Assembly (NCBI GenBank): GCA_963727235.1
Contig: CAVSFZ010000013.1
Span: forward strand, 362-64,361
Source: an uncultured Actinomycetes bacterium
GTDB taxonomy: Bacteria > Actinomycetota > Thermoleophilia > Gaiellales > JAICJC01
Reading direction: 5' to 3'
DNA: 64,000 bases
Each line of letters starts with the position of its first letter. Position 1 is the first letter of the stretch. A program made the position numbers and the translations under genes. Positions 36,560 through 46,074 of this stretch are shown piece by piece. The notes under the pieces are model-generated. The model saw nothing but the letters and a program-made list of their open reading frames with translations, was not told the DNA's origin and made no database searches.

Positions 36560-36824
36560 GGCCGGCGATCTTGGCCTGCACCGAGGCCCAGTGGTCGCCG
36601 TCCAGATGTGCGATACCGACCTCTTGGGGAGTGCCGTCCACCAGCACCTCCACCGGTACTTCGAAGAACCCCGCGACCGCCTTGATGCCCCGCCATGAGG
36701 GCGCCTGCTTGCCGGATTGCCACTCGCTGAGCGTCTGCTGGGAGAAGCCCAGGAGCGGTGCCGCCTTCGCGTTGGTGAGGTTGTGCAGACCCCGGAGGAT
36801 GGTCAGGTTGTCGGCGAACGGCAT
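36552..36824 (-). CDS. XRE-family HTH regulator
   Basis: 90 aa from ATG 36824. NLTILRGLHNLTNAKAAPLLGFSQQTLSEWQSGKQAP. The upstream part of the track ORF was rejected. Confidence 0.7.
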   Translation of the reverse strand: MPFADNLTILRGLHNLTNAKAAPLLGFSQQTLSEWQSGKQAPSWRGIKAVAGFFEVPVEVLVDGTPQEVGIAHLDGDHWASVQAKIAGPT

Positions 36825-36923
36825 CACCGGCACCCTACCTGCAACCCGAAGAAGTTTCAGGTGCACCTGAATACCTCCCCCAAAAGAGGGATACACCTCG
36901 CCAAAAGCGAATGTGTGCTGGCA

Positions 36924-38108
36924 ATGCCACGAAGCTCCCACTCTGACCCGGCCGGTCTGCGACCGATCGCGTCGCTCGACGCTGACCACCTTGAATCTGC
37001 CCTCGGGGTGGTCGAGATCGTTCAGGCGTTGTCCGCGCTCGATGACGTCTCCGAGATGCTGGCCTCGCTGGCCCGAAACCTGACCGAGATCCTGGGCGCC
37101 GACGCATGCATGGTCTCGACCTTCGATCCCGCCCGCGGAGTCGTGCGAAACAGCGCCGGGTACGCCCGGCCGCCGTTCGGCTGGGCCCAGACTCCGTCCG
37201 AGCACCGCATCGCCGACTACCCACGCACCGAGCAGGTGCTGACCGACGGCGCCCCCTACACCTGCATGCTCGGGGCCAATGCCGACTCACACGAGGCCCG
37301 GTGGCTGGTGGAGCTCGGCTACCGGTCGCTGCTGATGCTGCAGCTTCCGGTCGAGTCCAAGCCGTTCGCGCTGATCGAGGTGTACGACAAGTCTGCCCGC
37401 CGGTTCGCCGATTCCGAGATTCGCCTGAGTGAGGCGCTGGCACTGGAGGCGGGCAAGATGGTTGTGCGGGCCCGCATGCAGGAGCACTTGGAGGACGCCT
37501 ACATCGCCACGCTGGGGACGCTGGCGGCGGCGCTCGAGGCCAAGGACGCCTACACCAACGACCACGCGGCACAGATCGCCGAGCTCGCCGCGGCGGTGTG
37601 TGAGCAGTTGCAGATCGCCTCCGGGGACATGCGCATGATCCGCCTGGCGGCGCTGCTGCATGACATCGGCAAGATCGGCGTGCCGGAGACGATCCTGCAC
37701 AAGCGCGGCCCGCTGGACGAGGACGAGTGGGCGGTGATGCAGGAGCATCCCCGCATCGGCGCGCGCATCCTCGAGCCGGTCCCCTACTTCGCCGAGCTGG
37801 TACCGCTGGTCACGTCGAGCCATGAGCGCTACGACGGCACCGGGTATCCCGACCAGCTGGCAGGCTCCGACATCCCACTCGGATCCCGCGTGATCGCCGT
37901 CTGCGACGCGTTCCACGCGATGACCGAGGATCGCGTGTATCGCAAGGCGGTGCCGGTGGACGAGGCCCTGCGCGAGATCGTCCGCTGCTCGGGCTCCCAG
38001 TTTGACCCCAGCTGCGTCGAGGCGATGCTCGCGGTGGTGCGCACCAAAGGCTGGCCGCGGTTCTCGCGCGACCGGCTGGTCCGGCTCGCCCGCACGCCGT
38101 CCTGGTAG
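36924..38108 (+). CDS. GAF-HD-GYP c-di-GMP phosphodiesterase
   Basis: GAF-like N-terminal domain followed by LLHDIGKIGVP and SSHERYDGTGYP (HD-GYP signature). Start trimmed to ATG 36924. Confidence 0.9.
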   Translation: MPRSSHSDPAGLRPIASLDADHLESALGVVEIVQALSALDDVSEMLASLARNLTEILGADACMVSTFDPARGVVRNSAGYARPPFGWAQTPSEHRIADYPRTEQVLTDGAPYTCMLGANADSHEARWLVELGYRSLLMLQLPVESKPFALIEVYDKSARRFADSEIRLSEALALEAGKMVVRARMQEHLEDAYIATLGTLAAALEAKDAYTNDHAAQIAELAAAVCEQLQIASGDMRMIRLAALLHDIGKIGVPETILHKRGPLDEDEWAVMQEHPRIGARILEPVPYFAELVPLVTSSHERYDGTGYPDQLAGSDIPLGSRVIAVCDAFHAMTEDRVYRKAVPVDEALREIVRCSGSQFDPSCVEAMLAVVRTKGWPRFSRDRLVRLARTPSW

Positions 38109-38119
38109 ATTCGTCCGGC

Positions 38120-38518
38120 ATGAACCGTGCCGGCCAAAACCCACTCGAGTTTTCCAAGGCCTACGACTACTCCCAGACGATCGTGGCCGACGGACCGATG
38201 GTGTACGTCTCAGGTCAGGGTGGTTTCGGGGCCGACGGCAGCGTGGTTGACCCCACCGACTTCGAGGCCCAGCTGCGGCAGGCCTACAGCAACGTGCAGG
38301 TGCTGCTCGAGGCCAACGGCGCGTCGCTCCAGACGATCGTGAAGATGACCGTGTACCTTGCCCGGGCGTCCGACTACGAGGTGTTCAAGCGCGTGCGGGC
38401 AGAGGTGCTGTCCGCCCCATACCCCGCATCCACCGCGATCGTGGCCGGCGGATTCCTGTTCGAAGGCATGCTGGTCGAGATGGACGCGCACGCCCGCGTG
38501 GGCGAGCCTCGAGCCTGA
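38120..38518 (+). CDS. RidA/YjgF/UK114-family protein
   Basis: 132 aa. VYVSGQGG...VKMTVYL...PASTAIVAG...LVEMDA pattern. Confidence 0.85.
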   Translation: MNRAGQNPLEFSKAYDYSQTIVADGPMVYVSGQGGFGADGSVVDPTDFEAQLRQAYSNVQVLLEANGASLQTIVKMTVYLARASDYEVFKRVRAEVLSAPYPASTAIVAGGFLFEGMLVEMDAHARVGEPRA

Positions 38519-38559
38519 CCTCCGCTTAACACGCCGCCGCAGTCGTCGATCACCCGGGC

Positions 38560-39825
38560 GTGGCTCCCATCCTGGATTCCCTGCGTCGCGAAGGCGGTCA
38601 AACCCTGCCCATCGTCGCGGTGATCATGGTGGGCATCATCGCCATCGCCGGCCTGGTGATCGACCTCGGAAACGTCGAGCGGGTGCGCGCACAGATGCAG
38701 AACGCCGCCGATGCCGCGGCCACCTCCGGTGCCAGCACGCTGCTCGACCACCAGTCCGACGTGGCCCGCGCCACGGACACCGCGCGCAGGTTCGGGATGG
38801 ACTCGCAGGGCATCAACCAGGTCGCCGGGGTCGACACCACCACTGTCTCGCAGCGGGTCCAGGTCGGGTGCGACGGGCAGTACTCCGCGTGCGGCACTGC
38901 CACGCCGAACACCGTCACGGTGCACGAGACGGCCTCCGTGCCGACCTTCTTCATGAGCATCTTCGGAATTACCAGCCTGGACGTGAGCACCGAGGCAGAG
39001 GCCTGCGCGCCCTGCACCAGCGCTCCCCACGACATCATGCTGGTGCTCGATCGCACCGGATCGATGGCGGCAGCCGGTAAGGGCAGCAGCAACGGAGTCC
39101 GCAAGATCGATAACCTGAAAAACGCTCTTTTGCAGGGATTTCTTCCATCGCTCGACGGTCAGGACGATCGCCTCGGGATGGTCGTGTTCCCACCCGATAC
39201 GGCCGGCTCCCCGGCCTGCAGCCCCAAGAACAACGACAACAACTACGACGACTATTACGACCCGACCCGGGACTACCTCGAGGTCGGGCTGACCGGCGGC
39301 TACCTCAACCCCGACGGCACGCTCAACTCCTCCTCGCCGGTGATCGAGGACATCGACTGCATGATGCCATTCTCGCGCACCGACTACGCAGACTCGCTGC
39401 TGGCGGCCGAGCGCGAGTTCGACGCACACGCTCGCCCGGGAGTCGCCAAGGTGATCGTGATGATCTCCGACGGGGCCGCGAACCAGATCGACGACCCCAA
39501 ATGCACCACCAGCACGGAGGAGCAGTGGGCGTGCGCCCACCCCTGTGAGGCCGGGATCAACAACGCCGACACCCTCAAGAAGAGCGGCACCGAGATCTAC
39601 GCGATCGTGTACTCGGACCTCGAGGGAGACGAGTACTGCGGCGCGACCATGAACTACGGCGGGTCGGGTGCCCCCAGCAATCCGCTGACCGGATACCAGG
39701 CCATGGAGCAGATCGCCAGCCCCGGGGACTACCTGGTGGATCCCGATCCGGCGAAGCTCGTGGGCATCCTGCGCCAGGTGTCGGGCGCCATCTCGGGCGA
39801 CAACACCTCACACCTGGTGAAGTGA
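38560..39825 (+). CDS. TadG-like protein with Cys-rich vWA domain, paralog 2
   Basis: Also 421 aa and colinear with 35294..36559, roughly two-thirds identical by eye. Same TadE/G N-terminus, DRTGSM MIDAS-like motif and Cys pattern. Confidence 0.75.
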   Translation: MAPILDSLRREGGQTLPIVAVIMVGIIAIAGLVIDLGNVERVRAQMQNAADAAATSGASTLLDHQSDVARATDTARRFGMDSQGINQVAGVDTTTVSQRVQVGCDGQYSACGTATPNTVTVHETASVPTFFMSIFGITSLDVSTEAEACAPCTSAPHDIMLVLDRTGSMAAAGKGSSNGVRKIDNLKNALLQGFLPSLDGQDDRLGMVVFPPDTAGSPACSPKNNDNNYDDYYDPTRDYLEVGLTGGYLNPDGTLNSSSPVIEDIDCMMPFSRTDYADSLLAAEREFDAHARPGVAKVIVMISDGAANQIDDPKCTTSTEEQWACAHPCEAGINNADTLKKSGTEIYAIVYSDLEGDEYCGATMNYGGSGAPSNPLTGYQAMEQIASPGDYLVDPDPAKLVGILRQVSGAISGDNTSHLVK

Positions 39826-39833
39826 TCCGGTAA

Positions 39834-41804
39834 CTAGCCGACCGGCTTCAGCGAGCGGGCGATGGCGATCATCTCGCCGTTGGTGAGCTCACTGGTGAGC
39901 GTGTTCTGCACCCAATAGGCGAGACCGCCGTGGACGAACCCGATCGTCTGCAGATGCGCGCCGTTGTAGAAGAAGCGGTAGGTGCGGCCGTCCAGCTTGC
40001 GGATGGCATTGGGCGTCCGCAGGATCGGGGCGTCGGTGAAGCGCGTCTCCTCGATCCCCCAGAAGTCACCCGGCCCGGGCAGCTTGAACATCGCATACAG
40101 CGAGTTCGTGCCCTTCCCGGCCACCGGGATGCTGTAGGTGCGGATCGGGTCGGCACCGAGGTAGGAACACACGCCCGCCCCCGGCGGGGTGTCTGAGTAC
40201 GGGCAGAACTGGGAGCTCGACTGGGCGACCGTCGGGTACAGCACCCGGAAGTGCACCTTCTTCTGCGCCTGTTTGAAGTAGTCGCGATACTCGGTGGTCT
40301 GGCTGATGGTGGACGGCGTGCCATTCTGCGAGCCCGCCGGTTTCGGGGGCTTGACCGCCAGGGTGCCCTTGTAGGCGTGACCCACCACCAGGGTCACGGG
40401 CGTGGTGGCCGCGATCGTCGACGGCAGCGGCTTGGTGGTGGCCGAGCCCACGATGTGCGCGATGTCTGCGGCCGCGGCGGCCTGCCCGGGCCGGTAGTAG
40501 ACAACCGAGCCGGTGTAGGTCAGGCTCGGCGCATTCCCGCCCGAGCTCGCCCCGTACCCCCAGCCGTCGAGCTGCTGGGCGGCCTTGGCGGCATCACCCT
40601 CGACGCCGTTGCCGTTGAGCACCGTCACCGACACCCCCGCGGGGGTGACGGCCGGCTTCCACTTGGGCTTGGCAGGCTTGTGCGGATGCTGCGACGGAAG
40701 CGTCTTTCCGGCGGTGTCGAGCACCCACGGGTGCTTCCATTGGTACACCGCGTGCTGGAGGGCGGCCGGATCGATATCGACAGCGCTCTCCCCGTCGGAC
40801 TCCTGCACCACTCCCCACGGAGCTTTGACAGTGGCGATGTGCGAACGCACGCCATAGGCGGTGGCGACGAAACTGATCAGGGTGCGCAGGCTGGGGCTGT
40901 GCCCGCCCGGCCCCACGATCGTAAAGCTCTTGGAGATGTTGTCCAAAAGATCGGTGATGTCGGGGATGTCGGTCACGCTCACGCCGTTGAAGCGGTTCGC
41001 CGCTCGCACCTCGAAGGCGCGCAGGAACAGCTGCTGCCGGGCCTGGCGGTGGAAGTCGTCATCGGTGTGGCGATAGCGCGAGAACGCGAGCGCTTCCCGT
41101 CCCTTGAGCTGCTGATATCCGGGCTTGATGTCGATCTCCGACCAGCCGGAGTAGGGCGCGGTGGCGGGGGGGTTGTAGTAGTACTGGTCGACGTTCACAT
41201 ACACCCCGCCCAGCGAGTTGACGATCCCGCGGAAGCCGGCGAAGTCGACGTTCAACAGGTAGTTGGGACGCACGCCGGTGGCTTGCTTCACCACCTTCAG
41301 CGCGAGCGCGTCCCCACCCAGCGAGTAGGCGCCGTTGATCTTGGCGGGGCCGTACCCGTCCACGCTCACCCAGTAGTCACGGGGAATCGAGAGCAGCGCG
41401 GCCATGTGGTGCTTGGGGTCGATGCGCATCAGCATCAGCGTGTCGGACAGTCCGAACTGGCCGTTGACCGCCTTACCGCGATGATCGGAGCCGACCAGCA
41501 GCAGGCTGATCGGGGCATCCGAGGTGGGGATCATCTCCTGTAACCCACGGCTCGCCTGTCGATCATTCGGATTGAGCGCGGTGACCTTGTCGATGATCCC
41601 GTTCAGGTACCAGGCGGTCGCGGCTCCGGCGGCCACCACCAACAGCAGCATCACGCCGAGCACACCGAGGGTGATCTTGAACCAGCGCGGCCGTCTGCGC
41701 CACCAGCCGCCGCGGCCGCCGTCCCCTCCCGGACCACGCGGAGGCCGGGGGGGCTTGCCGCCATACACCTTCATCTTCGGTTTGGGCGGCACCTGACTCG
41801 CCAC
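39834..41804 (-). CDS. LytR-CpsA-Psr (LCP) family protein with LytR_C-like and extra C-terminal domains
   Basis: 656 aa. Basic Gly/Pro-rich cytoplasmic N-terminus, one TM, the LCP core (LLLVGSDHRG...SDTLMLMRIDP...SIPRD), then VSVTVLNGNGVEGDAAKAA (LytR_C-like). Confidence 0.8.
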   Translation of the reverse strand: MASQVPPKPKMKVYGGKPPRPPRGPGGDGGRGGWWRRRPRWFKITLGVLGVMLLLVVAAGAATAWYLNGIIDKVTALNPNDRQASRGLQEMIPTSDAPISLLLVGSDHRGKAVNGQFGLSDTLMLMRIDPKHHMAALLSIPRDYWVSVDGYGPAKINGAYSLGGDALALKVVKQATGVRPNYLLNVDFAGFRGIVNSLGGVYVNVDQYYYNPPATAPYSGWSEIDIKPGYQQLKGREALAFSRYRHTDDDFHRQARQQLFLRAFEVRAANRFNGVSVTDIPDITDLLDNISKSFTIVGPGGHSPSLRTLISFVATAYGVRSHIATVKAPWGVVQESDGESAVDIDPAALQHAVYQWKHPWVLDTAGKTLPSQHPHKPAKPKWKPAVTPAGVSVTVLNGNGVEGDAAKAAQQLDGWGYGASSGGNAPSLTYTGSVVYYRPGQAAAAADIAHIVGSATTKPLPSTIAATTPVTLVVGHAYKGTLAVKPPKPAGSQNGTPSTISQTTEYRDYFKQAQKKVHFRVLYPTVAQSSSQFCPYSDTPPGAGVCSYLGADPIRTYSIPVAGKGTNSLYAMFKLPGPGDFWGIEETRFTDAPILRTPNAIRKLDGRTYRFFYNGAHLQTIGFVHGGLAYWVQNTLTSELTNGEMIAIARSLKPVG

Positions 41805-41961
41805 ACAGACTCCTCGCTCGCTTCCCGGGACACGCCGAAACGGGCCTCGGGTGAGTATACGGCGGCACCGTGTGAGTGCCCTTCAAAGGCGTCCGCAGAC
41901 TCATCGTCTTCCAATCGCAGCGATCCGGCCAACGTGCGAAGACGATTTCTCCTTTTACCCG

Positions 41962-42174
41962 ATGCCAGAACAGCCGATTACAGGGGAACCTGCCCCACCC
42001 TCAGGAGTCGAGACAATCCGCCGGATATCCGCCGAACTGCGAGCCGAGACCGCTCAGACGATGGCTGAGTATGCAGTCGTGCTGGCCGTGATCACGATCG
42101 CTGTGGTCGTCACCCTAGGCCTGCTGAGCACGGCCATCAAAGGCAAGCTCACCAGCGTCATCGGCATCCTCTAG
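41962..42174 (+). CDS. flp: Flp-family pilin, variant 1 (Ala at -1, long leader)
   Basis: ...RAETA/QTMAEYAVVLAVITIAVVVTLGLLSTAIKGKLTSVIGIL. The mature part is near-identical to flp2. The only in-frame ATG is 41962 (70 aa); the track ORF starts earlier. Confidence 0.75.
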   Translation: MPEQPITGEPAPPSGVETIRRISAELRAETAQTMAEYAVVLAVITIAVVVTLGLLSTAIKGKLTSVIGIL

Positions 42175-42185
42175 AGCGTAAGGCA

Positions 42186-42209
42186 CGGCGCGGGGCGAGT
42201 GCCGCGCCG
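42186..42209. terminator. GC-rich hairpin between convergent flp1 and HTH gene
   Basis: CGGCGCGG-n8-CCGCGCCG, 12 nt after the flp1 stop and 4 nt before the HTH gene stop. No clear U-tract. Confidence 0.4.
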
Positions 42210-42212
42210 AAC

Positions 42213-42557
42213 TCATACCTCGGCGGCTGACGGCGCCTGCACGACGCTGACGCCCGTTCCCAGGGCCTCGAGCAACTCGCCCACGTTGGCGCGATCGCGG
42301 AGGACGGCATGGCGCAGCTTCGATTCTCTCCGAATCCCGTAGCGGTTGCGGCGTCCCACCCGCTCACGGGTGATGTAGCCGGCCTCTTCGAGGTCACGCA
42401 CGATCATCTGCACCGCCCGCCGGCTGATGCCCGCCAGCTCGGCGATCCGGGCGGTGGTCGCGTCCGGCGCCTCTGCGATCAGCAGCAACACCACCGCGTG
42501 GTTGGTGAAGAACGTCCAGCGGTGGCTGCGGGCAATTCTGCCAAGGTCATCACTCAT
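42213..42557 (-). CDS. winged-helix (ArsR/MarR-like) transcriptional regulator
   Basis: 114 aa. TTARIAELAGISRRAVQMIVRDLEEAGYITRERVGRRNRY. Confidence 0.7.
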   Translation of the reverse strand: MSDDLGRIARSHRWTFFTNHAVVLLLIAEAPDATTARIAELAGISRRAVQMIVRDLEEAGYITRERVGRRNRYGIRRESKLRHAVLRDRANVGELLEALGTGVSVVQAPSAAEV

Positions 42558-42618
42558 CTGGCCTGTACGGTACCCCTAACCCTGAAAAAGTATTCAGAGT
42601 CATTTCAAGGAGGGTGAA

Positions 42619-42909
42619 GTGATGGCAACCGCCACCAGCCAGCTCGTCCGTGTCTCCTTTTCGGACGGCTACCGACACGAATGGACAGTGCCCGAGCACG
42701 ACACTGCGGAGAACACGCTGGAACAGATCCGCCAGACGATCGTGCACTCGCACTGGTTTCAGGTGCCCGGCACCGGCAAGTCGTACTCGCCCTTTGCGAT
42801 CGTCTCGATCGAGGTGACCGAATCCACCGACTCAGACGACCCGTCGGCGGCCGAACGGCTGGGCCAGGGCGTGCGCGAGCACGTGATCGATCCGATCAAC
42901 GAGAGCTAG
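42619..42909 (+). CDS. hypothetical 96-aa protein
   Basis: AGGAGGGTGAAG precedes the start. Acidic, no recognised motif. Divergent from the wHTH gene across an A+T-richer 61-nt spacer. Confidence 0.4.
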   Translation: MMATATSQLVRVSFSDGYRHEWTVPEHDTAENTLEQIRQTIVHSHWFQVPGTGKSYSPFAIVSIEVTESTDSDDPSAAERLGQGVREHVIDPINES

Positions 42910-43035
42910 AAAACTCTCTCGGCTGGGCCCTGCCGACTTGATCCCTCGATCGGGGGAAATCCTCCCCGAGGATCTTGCACGGATTGAAACAACCCGTACG
43001 TTCGAGGTGTCACCCTTTCCCCTGGAGGCAACACC

Positions 43036-43203
43036 ATGATCGAGCGGTTCCTCTCAAGCGTTACCCCGGCTGACGAGTCCGGCCAGACGATGGCCGAGTA
43101 CGCAGTCGTGCTGGCCGTGATCACCATCGCCGTGGTCGTCACCCTCGGCCTTCTGAGCAACGCCATCAGCGCCCAGCTGACCAGCGTCATCGGCATTCTC
43201 TAA
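43036..43203 (+). CDS. flp: Flp-family pilin, variant 2 (canonical G/XXXXEY site); absent from ORF track (55 aa)
   Basis: My own translation: MIERFLSSVTPADESG/QTMAEYAVVLAVITIAVVVTLGLLSNAISAQLTSVIGIL. GGAGG lies 8 nt upstream of the ATG. Confidence 0.85.
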   Translation: MIERFLSSVTPADESGQTMAEYAVVLAVITIAVVVTLGLLSNAISAQLTSVIGIL

Positions 43204-43230
43204 CCGACTTCTTTCCAGTACCCCCCACCA

Positions 43231-43262
43231 CAGTGGCCGCGCCTCCCTCGTCGCGGCCACTG
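43231..43262 (+). terminator. hairpin downstream of flp2
   Basis: CAGTGGCCGCG-n10-CGCGGCCACTG (11-bp perfect stem) 28 nt after the flp2 stop. Weak T-tract. Confidence 0.5.
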
Positions 43263-43315
43263 CCCGTTAACGGGACCGGCTAAGCTCGGAACGCTGTTTC
43301 GATCGAGGAGGGTCG

Positions 43316-43783
43316 ATGTCCGACTACCAAGGCGCAATCGTCCTGGCGCCGGGCGAGGGTGCGAGCGTCCCCGGGCCCGCGGGTGGGATGCTCACGTTCA
43401 AACTGCGCGGCGAGCACACCGCCGGCACACTCACCGTCGTGGAGAACGTGATCGCTCCGGGCGACGGCCCCCCGGTCCACACACACGCCCACGAAGATGA
43501 GTCGTGGTATGTGCTAGAGGGTACGCTGCGGTTCCGGCTCGGTGAAGACGAGCAACTGGCGCCCCAGGGCTCGGTGGTGTTCGTGCCGCGCGGCCTCCCG
43601 CACGCCTTCCAGAACATCGGTGACGAGCCGGCACGGCTGCTCGTGATCTTCACGCCGTCGGGCATGGAGCGTTTCTTCGACGGATTCGGAGCGCTCCCGC
43701 CCGGGACAGCCTCGCCCGAGTCGTTTCGGACAATCGGCAAGCAGGTCGGGATGGACGTGATCGGCCCGCCGTTGCGGGGGTAG
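43316..43783 (+). CDS. cupin-domain protein
   Basis: PPVHTHAHEDESWYVLEGTL and FVPRGLPHAF (cupin motifs 1 and 2). Confidence 0.8.
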   Translation: MSDYQGAIVLAPGEGASVPGPAGGMLTFKLRGEHTAGTLTVVENVIAPGDGPPVHTHAHEDESWYVLEGTLRFRLGEDEQLAPQGSVVFVPRGLPHAFQNIGDEPARLLVIFTPSGMERFFDGFGALPPGTASPESFRTIGKQVGMDVIGPPLRG

Positions 43784-44085
43784 TTGGGGGAGGCCCGCAT
43801 TCCCATGCCCCGAGCCTCCCCCGTGTCGCGTGCGACACCCGCCCCCTACCCCGATCTGCCACCGACTACTCGCGAGCCTCGACACGGGCGTTTCCCCGAT
43901 GCCGAGCAGCCGGGACGCTCGTACCATTGAGACATGGACGTCACCTCACATCTCGCCCGCCGGCTTGCCCCTGCTATCTACGGGATCGCACTGCTCGCCG
44001 GGATCATGGTCGCCTGGCAAGTGCTCATGAGCGTTGCCCTCGGATCCCTCCGGTAGCCACGATCTGAGCCAAGTCCTGCGCATGG

Positions 44086-45195
44086 TCATGGAGTAACTCC
44101 CGCGACCGTGGTGATCACTCCGCCACGAGTGATCGCACGCACGACGTTGTTGCCTTGGTCGGTGATGAACAGCGTTCCCCGAGCACCCAACGCAATCCCG
44201 GAAGGGGCGTTCAGGTGGGCTTTGGTGGCCCGGCCGCCGTCACCGGAGAAGCCGGTCGGGCCGGCACCGGCCACTGTGACGATGATCCCCTGGCGGGTCA
44301 CCAGCCGAATGCGGTTGTTCCACGAGTCGGAGATGTACAGATCGCCGGACTTGGTCAACGCGAGCCCCGTCGGGAAGTCCAGCCGCGCACGCGTGGCGGG
44401 GCCGCCGTCACCCGAAAACCCCTTGATTCCCGATCCGGCGATGTGCGTGATCCGGCCGTCCGGGCTCAGCCTGATCACCACGTTTGCCCAGAAGTCCGAC
44501 ATGTACACGTTGCCGGCGGAGTCGATCGCAAGGTACGAGGGGTGGCGCAGCCACACCTTCGTCCCCAGCGTCCCATTGGGTGCCTGCTCGACGTGGAGCT
44601 TCCCGCCGCCTGCAACGGTCGTTATCACACCGTCTCTGCCCACCCGGCGCAGGCGATGGTTCTGCTCATCGGCGATGTAGAGGTTGCCGGAGTGATCCTG
44701 GGCAATCCCGATCGGATCGTCCAGCTCGGCCTGCGCGGCCGGACCGCCGTCGCCGGAGAACCCCTCGTGCCCGCATCGCCCGACGATGCTCGTGATCACC
44801 CCGGCCGCGCTGATCCTGCGGATGCAGCCGTTGCGATGGTCAGCCACGATCAGGCTGCCGCCGGCCTCGCTGATCAACCCTGACGGGTCGTTCAGGTCGG
44901 CGTGCACGGCCTGGCCGCCGTTCCCAGAGAAGTTCGCTATGCCGGTGCCGGCGATCACCTTGAGCCGGCCGGCCCGGTTGACCTTGTCGATCAACTGGCC
45001 GGTGAACTCAGACACGTACATGTTGCCGCGGCGGTCGAACGCGATGTCTTCGGGCGCTCCCAGAGCAACGTGGATTGCTCTGGGGAGGCGGTGTGTCTGA
45101 GTGCTGTCGGCGGCCGCGGAGGCACAGCCGGCCGCACACAGCGCAAGCACGGCACCACCTATCGCGAGTACCGATTGTGTGATCGTTCGCTTCAC
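44086..45195 (-). CDS. NHL-repeat beta-propeller lipoprotein
   Basis: Six repeats of the type P.G.A.D..GN.Y..D..N..I. Likely start at GTG 45195 (VKRTITQSVLAIGGAVLALCAAGC, lipobox-like AAGC). Confidence 0.8.
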   Translation of the reverse strand: MKRTITQSVLAIGGAVLALCAAGCASAAADSTQTHRLPRAIHVALGAPEDIAFDRRGNMYVSEFTGQLIDKVNRAGRLKVIAGTGIANFSGNGGQAVHADLNDPSGLISEAGGSLIVADHRNGCIRRISAAGVITSIVGRCGHEGFSGDGGPAAQAELDDPIGIAQDHSGNLYIADEQNHRLRRVGRDGVITTVAGGGKLHVEQAPNGTLGTKVWLRHPSYLAIDSAGNVYMSDFWANVVIRLSPDGRITHIAGSGIKGFSGDGGPATRARLDFPTGLALTKSGDLYISDSWNNRIRLVTRQGIIVTVAGAGPTGFSGDGGRATKAHLNAPSGIALGARGTLFITDQGNNVVRAITRGGVITTVAGVTP

Positions 45196-45348
45196 GGAAA
45201 CCCCCAAGATCGGCAGTAGGTGGGTGATATCCGCGCCGAGCGGCCGCCGAAACAGTGGAGCCATGCGGGATGCGGGTAGGCCACCACCCCGGATCAGCGG
45301 GAGGCTGCCACCCTTGACACAAAACGCACGGTGTGGGGAGATACCGAC

Positions 45349-46074
45349 ATGTCCGGCCAGCCCGCCCTGCGTGTGCGCGGCCTGCGCAAAGTGTTCGATG
45401 CCGAGTCCGCACCGGTCAGGGCGCTGCGCGGCGTCGACCTCGATCTCGCAGACGGCGAGTTTGTGGCGGTAATGGGGCCGTCGGGCTGCGGCAAGTCGAC
45501 GCTTCTAAACCTGGTGGCGGGCCTTGACGTCCCCACCAGCGGGGAGATCACCGTGGCGGGAGAGCCGCTGACGGGGCGCAGCGAGGACGAGTTGACGGTG
45601 ATGCGGCGCAGCCACATCGGGATGGTGTTTCAGTTCTTCAACCTGCTCGACACCATGACCGCGCTCGAGAACGTTGCCCTGCCGGCCATGGCGCGCGGCT
45701 CGGGGCGCCGGGCGGCCGAGGTGCGCGGCCGCGACCTGCTCGACCTGCTCGGCCTCGGCCACAGAGCCGAGGTGCGCCCGGGAGTGCTCTCAGGAGGTGA
45801 GCGCCAGCGACTGGCGATCGCACGGGCGCTCGCCAACGAGCCCACGCTGCTCCTGGCAGACGAGCCCACGGGCGCTCTCGACTCTGATGGCGGCGCCGAG
45901 ATCCTGGAACTCCTCCGCCGTCTCAACCGGAGTGGTCAGTCAATCCTGCTGGTGACGCACGACCTCGCGGTCGCAGCAGGCGCATCTCGCATCGTCGAGA
46001 TGCGAGATGGCCAGCTGCGTGATCGCGCCGAGGTTGCGCAGGAGCTGCCTCCGCAGGGAACGCCGGCGCTGTGA
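45349..46074 (+). CDS. ABC transporter ATP-binding protein (MacB/LolD-like)
   Basis: [29 protein letters not shown]. Confidence 0.9.
   Translation: MSGQPALRVRGLRKVFDAESAPVRALRGVDLDLADGEFVAVMGPSGCGKSTLLNLVAGLDVPTSGEITVAGEPLTGRSEDELTVMRRSHIGMVFQFFNLLDTMTALENVALPAMARGSGRRAAEVRGRDLLDLLGLGHRAEVRPGVLSGGERQRLAIARALANEPTLLLADEPTGALDSDGGAEILELLRRLNRSGQSILLVTHDLAVAAGASRIVEMRDGQLRDRAEVAQELPPQGTPAL

Noticed and set aside
43934-44056. 40-aa hydrophobic micro-ORF (MDVTSHLARRLAPAIYGIALLAGIMVAWQVLMSVALGSLR) in the 302-nt gap after the cupin gene
   Set aside because: There is no SD sequence, and I cannot assess conservation. A single hydrophobic stretch arises easily by chance. I noted it only.
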